DNA from: a virus
Reading direction: 5' to 3' (one strand)
Virus genome (UHGV): UHGV-1847494
Length of the DNA: 21,641 bases
A model generated the notes under the pieces. It did no database searches. It saw only the letters and a list, made by a program, of their open reading frames with translations, and was not told where the DNA came from. Both the position numbers and the translations under genes were made by a program. This document shows, in pieces, positions 1-7,941 of the stretch. Position 1 is the first letter of the stretch. The number at the start of each line of letters is the position of its first letter.

Positions 1-86
1 TATATGGCTGATTTATAATTGTGAGTTTAATATTATGTTGACTCACTCATTGATCCAATACCTAACTTTACCAGCAACCCCTCCGT

Positions 87-121
87 CCCCAGTAGCACTG
101 GCTGCTGGGGTGCGTTTTATT
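87..121 (+). terminator. Putative rho-independent terminator upstream of the ParB-like gene
   Basis: Inverted repeat ccccagtagc / gctgctgggg (10-bp stem with one G.U pair, loop actg) at 87-110, followed by tgcgttttatt. Seen directly in sequence; function inferred. Confidence 0.45.
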
Positions 122-137
122 CATAAAGCAAGGCTGT

Positions 138-929
138 ATGAGCGAGAAATTAAAGATAGTCTATCGCCCATTACAAGAATTGTCACCGTATGCGCACAAC
201 GCCAGGACGCACAGCCCTGAGCAGGTGGCACAACTGGTAGAAAGTATTAAGCAATTCGGCTGGACTAATCCGGTGCTGATTGACGAAAAGGGCGAAATTA
301 TTGCGGGTCACGGTCGTGTTATGGCGGCTGAAATGCTCAAAATGGATTCTGTTCCGGTCATTGTTCTGTCTGGCCTGACGGATGAGCAGAAAAAGGCGTA
401 CCGCCTGGCAGATAATCGCCTGCCGATGAATGCTGGCTGGGATGAAGATCTGTTGCGGATGGAGCTGTCGGACCTAATCAATGCTGATTTTGATGTCTCC
501 CTGACAGGCTTCATCCCGACAGAAATTGATGAACTGTTGACGGATGTTTTGCCCGGTACAGGAAATGAGGAGGAGCCGTATACGACGAAAATTGATACGC
601 CTGTTTATGAGCCGTCGGGCGGTAAACCGGATATCAGTGAACTGTACGACGATACGAAAACTCAGGAGCTGATCAGCCGGATACGTTCGGCGTCCCTTGA
701 GCCTGATATTGAGAAATTCCTCCTGTGTGCGGCAGAACGTCACACGGTGTTTAATTTCAGCAGAATTGCGGACTATTACGCTCACGCCCCCTCTGAAATT
801 CAGTGTTTTTTCGAGGAGTCGGCGCTGGTGATCATTGATTATCAGCAGGCTATTGAAAATGGATTTGTCCGGATGACGCAGCGCATGGTGGAGATCATGC
901 ATGGTGGTGAGGAGGAGGAATATGCGTGA
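138..929 (+). CDS. ParB/Srx-like nuclease-domain protein (ParB N-terminal domain), C-terminal ~150 aa uncharacterised
   Basis: 263-aa ORF. The N-terminal 90 aa follow the ParB N-domain pattern (LxPYxxNxRxH ... EIIAGHGRVMAA ... VPVIV ... LADNRL). Sits immediately upstream of the terminase genes, a common position for ParB-like genes in lambdoid phages. Recognition is from memory of the family, not a search. Confidence 0.8.
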   Translation: MSEKLKIVYRPLQELSPYAHNARTHSPEQVAQLVESIKQFGWTNPVLIDEKGEIIAGHGRVMAAEMLKMDSVPVIVLSGLTDEQKKAYRLADNRLPMNAGWDEDLLRMELSDLINADFDVSLTGFIPTEIDELLTDVLPGTGNEEEPYTTKIDTPVYEPSGGKPDISELYDDTKTQELISRIRSASLEPDIEKFLLCAAERHTVFNFSRIADYYAHAPSEIQCFFEESALVIIDYQQAIENGFVRMTQRMVEIMHGGEEEEYA

Positions 930-1854
930 TGATTTTTGCGCCTTTATTCTGACTCACGGGCGACCGGACAAAGTTCTGACTTACCGGACGTTGCGTCGTG
1001 CTGGCTATACCGGGAAAATTTTTATCGTTGTTGATGATGAAGATAAGACACGGAATCAGTACATGGCTGAATTTGGTGAACAGGTGCTGGTGTTTTCCAA
1101 AGCCGATATCGCCAGTCGTTTTGACGAAGCCGATAATTTCTGTGACCGCCGCTCAATTTTTTACGCCCGTAATGCCTGTTTCGACCTGGCAAAACTGGTC
1201 GGGTGTAAATACTTCATTCAGCTCGATGATGATTATCACGAGTTCCAGTTTCGGGTGGATCGCAACTATGACCAGGCCTATTTTCCGATAAGGAAACTGG
1301 ATGCGATCCTTTCTGAAATGCTGGCGTACTACGAATCAATACCTGCTCTTTCCATCGCTATGTCGCAGGGCGGGGATTTTCTTGGTGACAATGGCGGCCA
1401 TGCTTCGTGGGTGAAACGCAAGGCAATGAACAGCTTTATCTGTTCGGTTGATCGACCGTTCTCATTCATGGGGCGCATTAACGAGGATGTGAATACGTAC
1501 ACGAATCTCGGTCGCTGTGGTGAATTGTTTATGACGATCGGTGCTGTCCAGTTAGGGCAGAAACAGACGCAGAAAAACAGCGGCGGAATGACCGAGCTGT
1601 ATCTGGATTCCGGAACCTACGTTAAAAGTTTTTACTCCGTCATGTATGCGCCGTCGTGCGTAAAAATCTCACTGATGGGTGCCAGCCATAAACGCATTCA
1701 CCATCAGGTCACCTGGAACAACGCTGCAGTAAAAATCCTTCACGAAAAATACAGGAAGAAGACACCCTGCATATCAATGGGGGTGACAAATGATTCCGTA
1801 TTCGAAAGTCGAGTCTCTGGCAGCGTGCCGGATGACTGCACAACAAATCGCTGA
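922..1854 (+). CDS. Hypothetical protein, translationally coupled to the ParB-like gene; possible GT-A-like nucleotide-sugar transferase fold (speculative)
   Basis: Strong SD GGAGGAGGA at 911-919 precedes ATG 922, so I prefer 922 over the track start at 901. The start overlaps the ParB stop (927-929) by 8 nt. Contains acidic motifs IFIVVDDEDK and YFIQLDDDYHEF that resemble a DxD motif. The fold assignment is inference only. Confidence 0.55.
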   Translation: MRDDFCAFILTHGRPDKVLTYRTLRRAGYTGKIFIVVDDEDKTRNQYMAEFGEQVLVFSKADIASRFDEADNFCDRRSIFYARNACFDLAKLVGCKYFIQLDDDYHEFQFRVDRNYDQAYFPIRKLDAILSEMLAYYESIPALSIAMSQGGDFLGDNGGHASWVKRKAMNSFICSVDRPFSFMGRINEDVNTYTNLGRCGELFMTIGAVQLGQKQTQKNSGGMTELYLDSGTYVKSFYSVMYAPSCVKISLMGASHKRIHHQVTWNNAAVKILHEKYRKKTPCISMGVTNDSVFESRVSGSVPDDCTTNR

Positions 1855-2041
1855 CGTTCTGGATGTTGATCTGAACCGACTGAAAGAAAATCGGGAAGCA
1901 ATGACAGATTTTTATGCGGCCATCCGTAAGGGCAGAGCGAAAGGTGAAGCCGAGTTACGAGCGGCATTGTTTAAGCTTGCCAGAAAAGGGGATGCCTTTG
2001 CTCTGCGCGAACTACTCAGGGTGGATAAAAATCAGGACTAA
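1790..2041 (+). CDS. Small putative HTH DNA-binding protein (83 aa)
   Basis: ORF preceded by GGGGGTGA 5 nt upstream of ATG 1790; overlaps the previous gene end by 65 nt. Basic helical sequence (IADVLDVDLNRLKEN ... KGRAKGEAELR) looks like an HTH. In the same frame as terS, separated only by TAA 2039-2041 plus 3 nt. Confidence 0.4.
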   Translation: MIPYSKVESLAACRMTAQQIADVLDVDLNRLKENREAMTDFYAAIRKGRAKGEAELRAALFKLARKGDAFALRELLRVDKNQD

Positions 2042-2044
2042 CTG

Positions 2045-3139
2045 ATGAGCAGACCGGACTGGGGGGCGTTGCAGCAGGAGTATATTGCTGAATACACCCG
2101 CTCCGGTATATCTCCGGTGGCATGGTGTGAAGCAAGGGGACTGAATTACGCAACAGCCCGTCGTTACATCAAAAAAACTCCGAAAAATGCGCAGACAGAA
2201 ATGTGCAAAACTGCGCAAAAAAGTGCGCAGAAAAAATCTGCGCAGACTGCACAAAAGCGGAACGAAAAATCTCAGGAAAAAAAGCCAGTATTCGATGCGG
2301 GCCTGAATGAGGGCGACGCGGAGGAATTTTCGTTCTGTCCCGATGAATTCGGCATTTCTGACCAGCAGGCTAAGTTTGCGATGCTTGTTGCTCAGGGTAA
2401 AAAGCCGACAGAGGCGTACCGACTAGCCGGTTATGAGGGGCAAGGTGCGACAGCTAACAGCAACGCCAGTCGTATGCTTAGAAATGCCAGGGTTTTTCGC
2501 GCTATCAGCTACTTCCGCAATCAGTACCAGAAACGCTATACCGCAGACCTGGATTTACTAGTGAGTCAGTTGATGGCTATTGTCCTGGCCGACCCCAATC
2601 AGCTTGCACAATTTCGCCGTGTTAACTGCCGTTATTGCTGGGGCGAGAATCATCTCTACCAGTGGCGCGATATAGCAGAATTCGACAAGGCAGCGGCGCA
2701 GGCTTCCAGAGATGGCAAACCCGAACCGGAATATGGAGGCCTCGGCTTTGTTGATAACGCCATACCCAATCCGGACTGCCCGAAGTGCTGCGGTGAGGGA
2801 ACGGGACAGCTTTATATGGCTGATACCACTCTGCTTGATGGGGATGCGCGGCAATTATATGCAGGGGCAAAATTCGGAAAATTCGGCGTTGAGATCCTGC
2901 TGGAGGATAAGGCTGCCGCCCGGCGTGAATTGTTGCGTTTGCTTTCTGCTGGCGGGGATTTATGTGCAGATAAGCGGCTACAGGAACTGGAAATTGAACG
3001 GCGCAGAATGGAAAACCAGAAGCTGCGCAAAGAGATCGAAACGGTGGAAGATAATGAACATCCCCAGCCTGTGGCGATCAATATTAATGTGGTTGATGCC
3101 AGAGTAAGGAGTGATGAAGATGATCTCTCCGACGCTTAA
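2045..3139 (+). CDS. Terminase small subunit (Terminase_2-like core), unusually long with Cys4 zinc-ribbon-like motif and C-terminal coiled coil
   Basis: 364-aa ORF directly upstream of the terminase large subunit. Central segment QQAKFAMLVAQGKKPTEAYRLAGYEG...NASRMLRNARV resembles the HTH core of small terminases. CRYC ... CPKCC motifs lie at about nt 2626-2800. The basic C-terminus is rich in R/E/L (LQELEIERRRMENQKLRKEIE). Confidence 0.7.
   Translation: MSRPDWGALQQEYIAEYTRSGISPVAWCEARGLNYATARRYIKKTPKNAQTEMCKTAQKSAQKKSAQTAQKRNEKSQEKKPVFDAGLNEGDAEEFSFCPDEFGISDQQAKFAMLVAQGKKPTEAYRLAGYEGQGATANSNASRMLRNARVFRAISYFRNQYQKRYTADLDLLVSQLMAIVLADPNQLAQFRRVNCRYCWGENHLYQWRDIAEFDKAAAQASRDGKPEPEYGGLGFVDNAIPNPDCPKCCGEGTGQLYMADTTLLDGDARQLYAGAKFGKFGVEILLEDKAAARRELLRLLSAGGDLCADKRLQELEIERRRMENQKLRKEIETVEDNEHPQPVAININVVDARVRSDEDDLSDA
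2185..2256. repeat. Periodic TGYGCA / A-tract repeat inside terS (candidate pac site or terminase binding array)
   Basis: TGCGCA at 2188, 2212, 2224 and 2239; TGTGCA at 2202; TGCACA at 2248. Spacing is 9-15 bp (about one helical turn), interleaved with A4-6 tracts. Encodes the low-complexity AQ/K-rich linker of TerS. Confidence 0.4.
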
Positions 3140-3164
3140 TGTGCCTCAGGCGCGATTTCTTTCA

Positions 3165-4469
3165 ATGCCCCATAAATTTAAAGCAGATCGGAAGAGCGTC
3201 GTGTAGGGAAAGAGTGTAGATAAATTTAAAGCCTATATTGCTGGTTTTGGCTCGGGCAAAACATGGGTTGGGTGTGGCGGCATATGCAAGGGGATTTGGG
3301 AGCATCCAGGTATAAATCAGGGATATTTTGCGCCAACGTATCCCCAAATTCGCGATATTTTTTACCCTACAGTGGAAGAAGTTGCTGCTGACTGGGGATT
3401 GAACGTAAAAATTAATGAGGGAAATAAAGAGGTTCACTTTTATTACGGACGCCAGTATCGGGGAACCACTATCTGCAGATCGATGGAGAAGCCACAAACG
3501 ATCGTCGGTTTCAAAATTGGTAATGCGTTGGTGGATGAACTGGACATTTTGCCGAAGGAAAAAGCCAGAACGGCGTGGCGCAAGATAATTGCGCGTATGC
3601 GTTATAAGATTGATGGACTTCGCAACGGTATTGACGTTACAACCACGCCGGAAGGATTCAAATTTGTCTACGAGCAGTTTGTTAAAGCCGTGCGTGAAAA
3701 AACAGAGCTGGCCTCACTGTATGGTCTGGTGCAGGCATCTACTTTCGATAATGAAAAGAACCTGCCAGCAGATTACATTCCTTCGCTTCTTGAATCATAC
3801 CCTCCAGAGCTGATTAAAGCCTATCTGCGAGGACAGTTTACTAACCTGACAAGTGGTACTGTTTACCATCAGTTTGACCGGAAACTGAATAATTGCGAAG
3901 AAGTGGAGCAGCCAGGGGAGCCGATTTATATTGGGATGGATTTTAACGTTGGAAAGATGGCGGGAATCGTCCATGTGCTGCGTTTGGGGCTTCCATGTGC
4001 GGTAACTGAAATCATCAATGCCTACGATACGCCGGATATGATCCGCATCATTAAAGAACGCTTCTGGCTGTATGATGGGAATGATTACCGGAAAGTGAGG
4101 GAAATTTATATTTATCCAGATGCTTCCGGGGATTCCAGAAAATCAAGTAACGCAAGTACGACGGATATAGCCCAGCTTAAGCAGGCTGGTTTTAACGTTG
4201 TGGTGAACAGCTCGAACCCGCCAGTAAAAGATCGCGTTAACTCAATGAATGCAATGTTCTGCAATGCCAATGGTGAGCGTCGCTATAAAGTTAATGTGAA
4301 GCGTTGCCCGTTATATGCCGAATCTCTGGAGCAACAGGTCTGGGATGAGAAGGGGGAGCCTGATAAAAAATCTGGCAATGATCACCCGAATGATGCCGGA
4401 GGTTATTTCATCGTTAAGCAATTCCCTATTGTCAAACCGACCGGAAGAGTCACATCACTTCGGATTTAA
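3165..4469 (+). CDS. Terminase large subunit (ATPase/nuclease); 5' end interrupted in this assembly by the adapter-derived insertion carrying an in-frame TAG at 3204-3206
   Basis: Walker A motif KFKAYIAGFGSGKTW is encoded at 3222-3266, upstream of the track start at GTG 3372 and in the same frame. No ATG/GTG/TTG lies between the TAG and the Walker A. Removing one repeat copy plus the adapter (48 nt) restores ATG 3165 with N-terminus MPHKFKAYIAGFGSGKTW. The uninterrupted frame as given is 3207..4469. Confidence 0.8.
3185..3221. other. Illumina TruSeq universal adapter sequence (reverse complement), an assembly or library artifact
   Basis: agatcggaagagcgtcgtgtagggaaagagtgtagat is an exact 37-nt match to the reverse complement of the TruSeq universal adapter 3' end. 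It is flanked by a duplicated genomic 13-mer ATAAATTTAAAGC (3172-3184 and 3220-3232). The antisense translation gives the adapter-signature peptide LSLHDALPI (track ORF 3162..3497, minus strand). Confidence 0.93.
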
Positions 4470-4471
4470 TT

Positions 4472-5878
4472 ATGGCTGATATATCAACACCCAACCTCGA
4501 CTATAACGATATGCTGGAGGCGTGGGATATTAACGACGCACTGATGGGCGGTACGCTTGAAATGCGCAGGCAGGGGGAAAATTATCTCCCAAAATGGCCT
4601 AACGAAGATGAAGACGCTTATAAAAAACGCCTGTCTGTGGCTACGCTACTTCCTGTGTATGAAGAAAGCATCAAGCAAAATATTGGGCGCATATTTGCAG
4701 AGCCGACAGTATTGAGTGAGGAAACGCCGGCAAAAATCAGGGAATATGCAGAAAATATCGACATGGAGGGAAGCCGACTGGATGTGTGGGCGCAGCAATT
4801 TTTCAGCCTCGCATTTCAGTATGGTGTGGCACATGCGCTGGTGGACTATCCACGAACGGATATGAAAGAGATTCGGACAAAAGCCGATGAAAACGCGGCC
4901 GGTAGTCGTCCGTACGTTACGATGCTGAATCCACGCCAGGTTATTGGATGGAAATCGAAAGTTGAAAAAGGGAAAGTTGTTCTCACTGATTTGCGTATAA
5001 AAGAGGTCATCATTATTGATGGTGATGATTTCGGGCAGAAGAAGGTGGAGCAGATCCGCCATATTATGCCCCGTCGAGTTGAAATTTATCGACGTAGCGA
5101 AGGCACTAATGGCGAATCTGTCTGGACGCTTCATGAGTCATGGAATACCAGCCGTGATGATATTCCTCTGGTAACACTGTACACGAAGAAAACAGGATTT
5201 ATGCGTGGTACACCGCCATTGCTTAATCTTGGCTTGCTGAATATCAAGCACTGGCAAAGCCAGAGCGAGCAGGACAATATTCTTCATGTTGCCCGCGTTC
5301 CATTGCTGGTGGCCTACGGGCTGGACAGGAATGAAGAACTGACGGTTGGTGCATCCACCGCTACGATTTTTGAGGACAGAACAAAAAATGGCCTCGAATA
5401 TGTTGAACATAGTGGCGCAGCGATAGAATCTGGCGAAACATCACTTGAGAAGCTGGAAAATCAGATGCGTCATGCCGGCGCTAAACTTCTGCGTGCTGAA
5501 AATACATCCACCAAATCTGTTGATCAGACTAATGAAGAGCGAATGCAGGAAAACTCGCCGCTTTATACAATGGCGAACTCCCTCGAAGATGCCCTCGATA
5601 ATATTCTCCAGATAATGGCGGAATGGATCGGAGAGAGTTGCGGTGGCAATGTGGATGTGCGCACTGAACTGGATGTATCTGCCCAGGTGTTTGACTCATC
5701 CTCCGCGCTGGCTGTTCAGTCATTGCGTCAGGGCGGTGATATACGTCAGATTGATGCGATTCGGGTGTTGCAGGCGTTGAAATTTATCGATCAGGATTCC
5801 CGTCCAGAGGAAGTGATCGATGAATTAAAAAATCAGAGTGTAATGCTGATGGAAATCAATGATGCAAACCGTGAATGA
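4472..5878 (+). CDS. Portal protein (putative)
   Basis: 468-aa ORF immediately after terL (ATG 3 nt after the terL stop) and before the Mu F-like head morphogenesis gene. Size and synteny fit a portal; I do not recognise a specific motif. Confidence 0.65.
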   Translation: MADISTPNLDYNDMLEAWDINDALMGGTLEMRRQGENYLPKWPNEDEDAYKKRLSVATLLPVYEESIKQNIGRIFAEPTVLSEETPAKIREYAENIDMEGSRLDVWAQQFFSLAFQYGVAHALVDYPRTDMKEIRTKADENAAGSRPYVTMLNPRQVIGWKSKVEKGKVVLTDLRIKEVIIIDGDDFGQKKVEQIRHIMPRRVEIYRRSEGTNGESVWTLHESWNTSRDDIPLVTLYTKKTGFMRGTPPLLNLGLLNIKHWQSQSEQDNILHVARVPLLVAYGLDRNEELTVGASTATIFEDRTKNGLEYVEHSGAAIESGETSLEKLENQMRHAGAKLLRAENTSTKSVDQTNEERMQENSPLYTMANSLEDALDNILQIMAEWIGESCGGNVDVRTELDVSAQVFDSSSALAVQSLRQGGDIRQIDAIRVLQALKFIDQDSRPEEVIDELKNQSVMLMEINDANRE

Positions 5879-6974
5879 ACGGCTGCGTGATGAATCAATT
5901 GCTCATGCAGTCTGGATATCCCGCTATAGCACTGGCGTGGCTGCCAGAATGGTGAAAATACTGAATGACAGCGATGCGGAACTTACTGCTCGCCTGCTGA
6001 TAGCACTGGACAGCCTCGATCCAGGTAGTTTTACCGTTAAGCGCCTGGAGTCACTTCTGGCGAGCGTCAGAGAGGTTAACCGCACTGCTATTAACAGCAT
6101 GTTTACCAGTCTCTCCGGAGAGCTGAACGAGCTGGCAATTTATGAGGCTGGTTATCAGTTAAGTCTGTTTGATTCTATGCTACCTGATTTTGTTGCTGAT
6201 GTTCACCCTCTGGTTGGTATCTCTCCTGATGCACTTTATGCCGCTGCAATGGCGCGACCATTTCAGGGACGACTGCTCAGTGAGTGGGCCTCAGATCTTG
6301 AGGCGGATCGGCTCAGACGCATAACAAATACAGTGCGTCAGGGTTTTTTGCTGGGGGATACCAATGAGCAGATCGCAAGAAAAATTCGGGGACATGTCAG
6401 TAAGGGATTTCAGGATGGTGCATTGCAGATGAGCCGGGCTAATGCGGCCAGCATTGCAAAAACAGCGGTTGGACATCTTGCTGCTACTGCCCGTGAGAGT
6501 TTTGCCAGCGCGAATAATGATTTGATTAAGGGTAAGCAATGGTTATCAACGCTTGATAATCGTACTACGCCACAATGTCGAATCAGGGATCGCCTCAAAT
6601 ATACGCTGAATAATAAACCTGTAGGTCACAGCGTGCCTTATTTGCAGGGGCCGGGAAAAATTCATTTCTGCTGCCGCTCAACGGAAACGTTCATTCTGAA
6701 ATCAGCGAAGGAACTGGGTATTGATGTTCGCGATATTTCCCCGGCTGAGCGGGCCAGCATGGATGGCGTGGTGGCCGGAGATACAACCTACAGGGAATGG
6801 TTTTTGCGTCAGCCTTACACCAGACAAAAACAGATTGTGGGGGAAACCCGAGCAAAGCTGATTCGGGATGGTGGTATGTCGCCAGATGAATTTTACACCG
6901 ATAAAGGCGAATGGCTGACGCTGAAGCAGCTCCGTGAGCGTGATGCACAGGTATTCAGAAAAGCAGGGATTTAA
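5859..6974 (+). CDS. Head morphogenesis protein (Mu F / SPP1 gp7-like minor head protein)
   Basis: 371-aa ORF overlapping the portal gene end by 20 nt. Position after the portal and overall sequence character fit the Mu F-like family. Family assignment is from memory. Confidence 0.7.
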   Translation: MMQTVNERLRDESIAHAVWISRYSTGVAARMVKILNDSDAELTARLLIALDSLDPGSFTVKRLESLLASVREVNRTAINSMFTSLSGELNELAIYEAGYQLSLFDSMLPDFVADVHPLVGISPDALYAAAMARPFQGRLLSEWASDLEADRLRRITNTVRQGFLLGDTNEQIARKIRGHVSKGFQDGALQMSRANAASIAKTAVGHLAATARESFASANNDLIKGKQWLSTLDNRTTPQCRIRDRLKYTLNNKPVGHSVPYLQGPGKIHFCCRSTETFILKSAKELGIDVRDISPAERASMDGVVAGDTTYREWFLRQPYTRQKQIVGETRAKLIRDGGMSPDEFYTDKGEWLTLKQLRERDAQVFRKAGI

Positions 6975-6993
6975 ATAAATCATTTATTACAAC

Positions 6994-7018
6994 AGGCTAC
7001 CTTCGGGTGGCCTTTTTT
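6994..7018 (+). terminator. Intrinsic terminator with cUUCGg tetraloop after the head morphogenesis gene
   Basis: aggctacc-ttcg-ggtggcct (8-bp stem with one G.U pair, UUCG loop) followed by T6 at 7013-7018, 20 nt after the stop codon. Confidence 0.65.
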
Positions 7019-7078
7019 ATTGCTGCGATCCGGATGGTGAGCAGCGTAACTGTCGGAAGACTTAAACCAGGTACTAAT

Positions 7079-7843
7079 ATGAAACTGAAAACGGTCGAGA
7101 TTAACGGAAAACAATACGCAGAAATTGATACTGCTGGCCTGCCAGTTTATGTGCACGACGATGGTAAAGAAATTGGCTTCGATGCACCGCTGGCGACAAA
7201 AAAAATTACAGAGCTTAATAGCGAGGCAAAAAATCATCGCCTGGCTAAAGAAGCTGCAGAGGAAAAACTGGCTAAGTTTGCCGCTATCGAAGACCCGAAG
7301 AAGGCGATCGAGGCACTGGAAATGCTGTCAAAAATCGACCAGAAAAAGCTGCTCGATGCGGGACAGGTTGACCAGGTTAAGGCAGAAATTACGAAAAATT
7401 TTCAGCAGCAATTAGATGAAGAAAAGCAACGCTCTCAGATGCTGGAGAAGCAGCTTTACGATTCTATGATTGGCGGTAGTTTTGCGGGTTCAAAATATAT
7501 TGCCGATAAAATTGCGATCCCGGCAGATTTATTACAATCACGCTTCGGGCAGGCATTCAAAGTGGAAGAAGGGAGGATCGTTGCTTATGACGCTTCCGGC
7601 AACAAAATTTATTCCCGCGCGAAGCCTGGCGAACTGGCGCAGTTTGATGAGGCGCTGGAGTTCCTTGTCGAAAATTACCCTCAGAAAGACTACATCCTGA
7701 AAGCCAGTGGCAACAATGGCGGCGGCTCCCGTCCGACACAGCATGATATTGGTCAGAAAACGATGAAACGCTCTGCTTTTGATGCACTGGATGTTGCAGG
7801 TAAGCAAAACGCATTGAAAGACGGTATCACAATCGTTGATTAA
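7079..7843 (+). CDS. Head scaffolding protein (putative)
   Basis: Preferred start is ATG 7079 (MKLKTVEING...). The track start at 7007 would overlap the upstream terminator. Acidic, helical, coiled-coil-like sequence located between the head morphogenesis and major capsid genes. Confidence 0.55.
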   Translation: MKLKTVEINGKQYAEIDTAGLPVYVHDDGKEIGFDAPLATKKITELNSEAKNHRLAKEAAEEKLAKFAAIEDPKKAIEALEMLSKIDQKKLLDAGQVDQVKAEITKNFQQQLDEEKQRSQMLEKQLYDSMIGGSFAGSKYIADKIAIPADLLQSRFGQAFKVEEGRIVAYDASGNKIYSRAKPGELAQFDEALEFLVENYPQKDYILKASGNNGGGSRPTQHDIGQKTMKRSAFDALDVAGKQNALKDGITIVD

Positions 7844-7941
7844 CACATTTGTCAGCTTCCGGATGGGAGCTGGTGTCAGGGCTGGATAGCTCATTACTCC
7901 ATCTATTCACAATTACGCAAATTTTTAAGGAATATTTAATT

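Noticed and set aside
38-66. TTGACT -35-like hexamer at 38-43 as a promoter
   Set aside because: No convincing -10 element at 16-18 bp spacing. Cannot be supported from sequence alone.
35-220. 61-aa + strand ORF
   Set aside because: Overlaps the terminator-like hairpin and the ParB-like gene start in another frame; no SD. Likely spurious.
474-902. 142-aa minus-strand ORF
   Set aside because: Antisense to the ParB-like gene; no support.
901-921. Track start at ATG 901 for the second gene
   Set aside because: The SD GGAGGAGGA lies at 911-919, downstream of 901 and correctly spaced for ATG 922.
3139-3219. Possible frameshift into terL from the 25-codon ORF at ATG 3139 via GGGAAAG (3206-3212)
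   Set aside because: The heptamer is not in the zero-frame register of the incoming frame, the upstream peptide is not protein-like, and GGGAAAG is itself part of the adapter sequence.
3162-3497. 111-aa minus-strand ORF ending ...TLSLHDALPICFKFMGH
   Set aside because: Antisense to terL, and its C-terminus is the translation of the Illumina adapter (the LSLHDALPI signature). Artifact.
3372-4469. Track ORF start at GTG 3372 as the terL start
   Set aside because: The Walker A motif and conserved N-terminal sequence lie upstream in the same frame (3207-3371). The truncation is caused by the adapter-derived TAG at 3204-3206.
4646-5134. 162-aa minus-strand ORF
   Set aside because: Antisense to the portal gene; no support.
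7007-7078. Extended start of the scaffold ORF at 7007
   Set aside because: It would begin inside the upstream terminator and T-run and has no SD. ATG 7079 is more plausible.
7849-7941. Extended start of the major capsid ORF at 7849
   Set aside because: No SD, and the region reads as an intergenic leader. ATG 7942 has an AAGGA SD at correct spacing.
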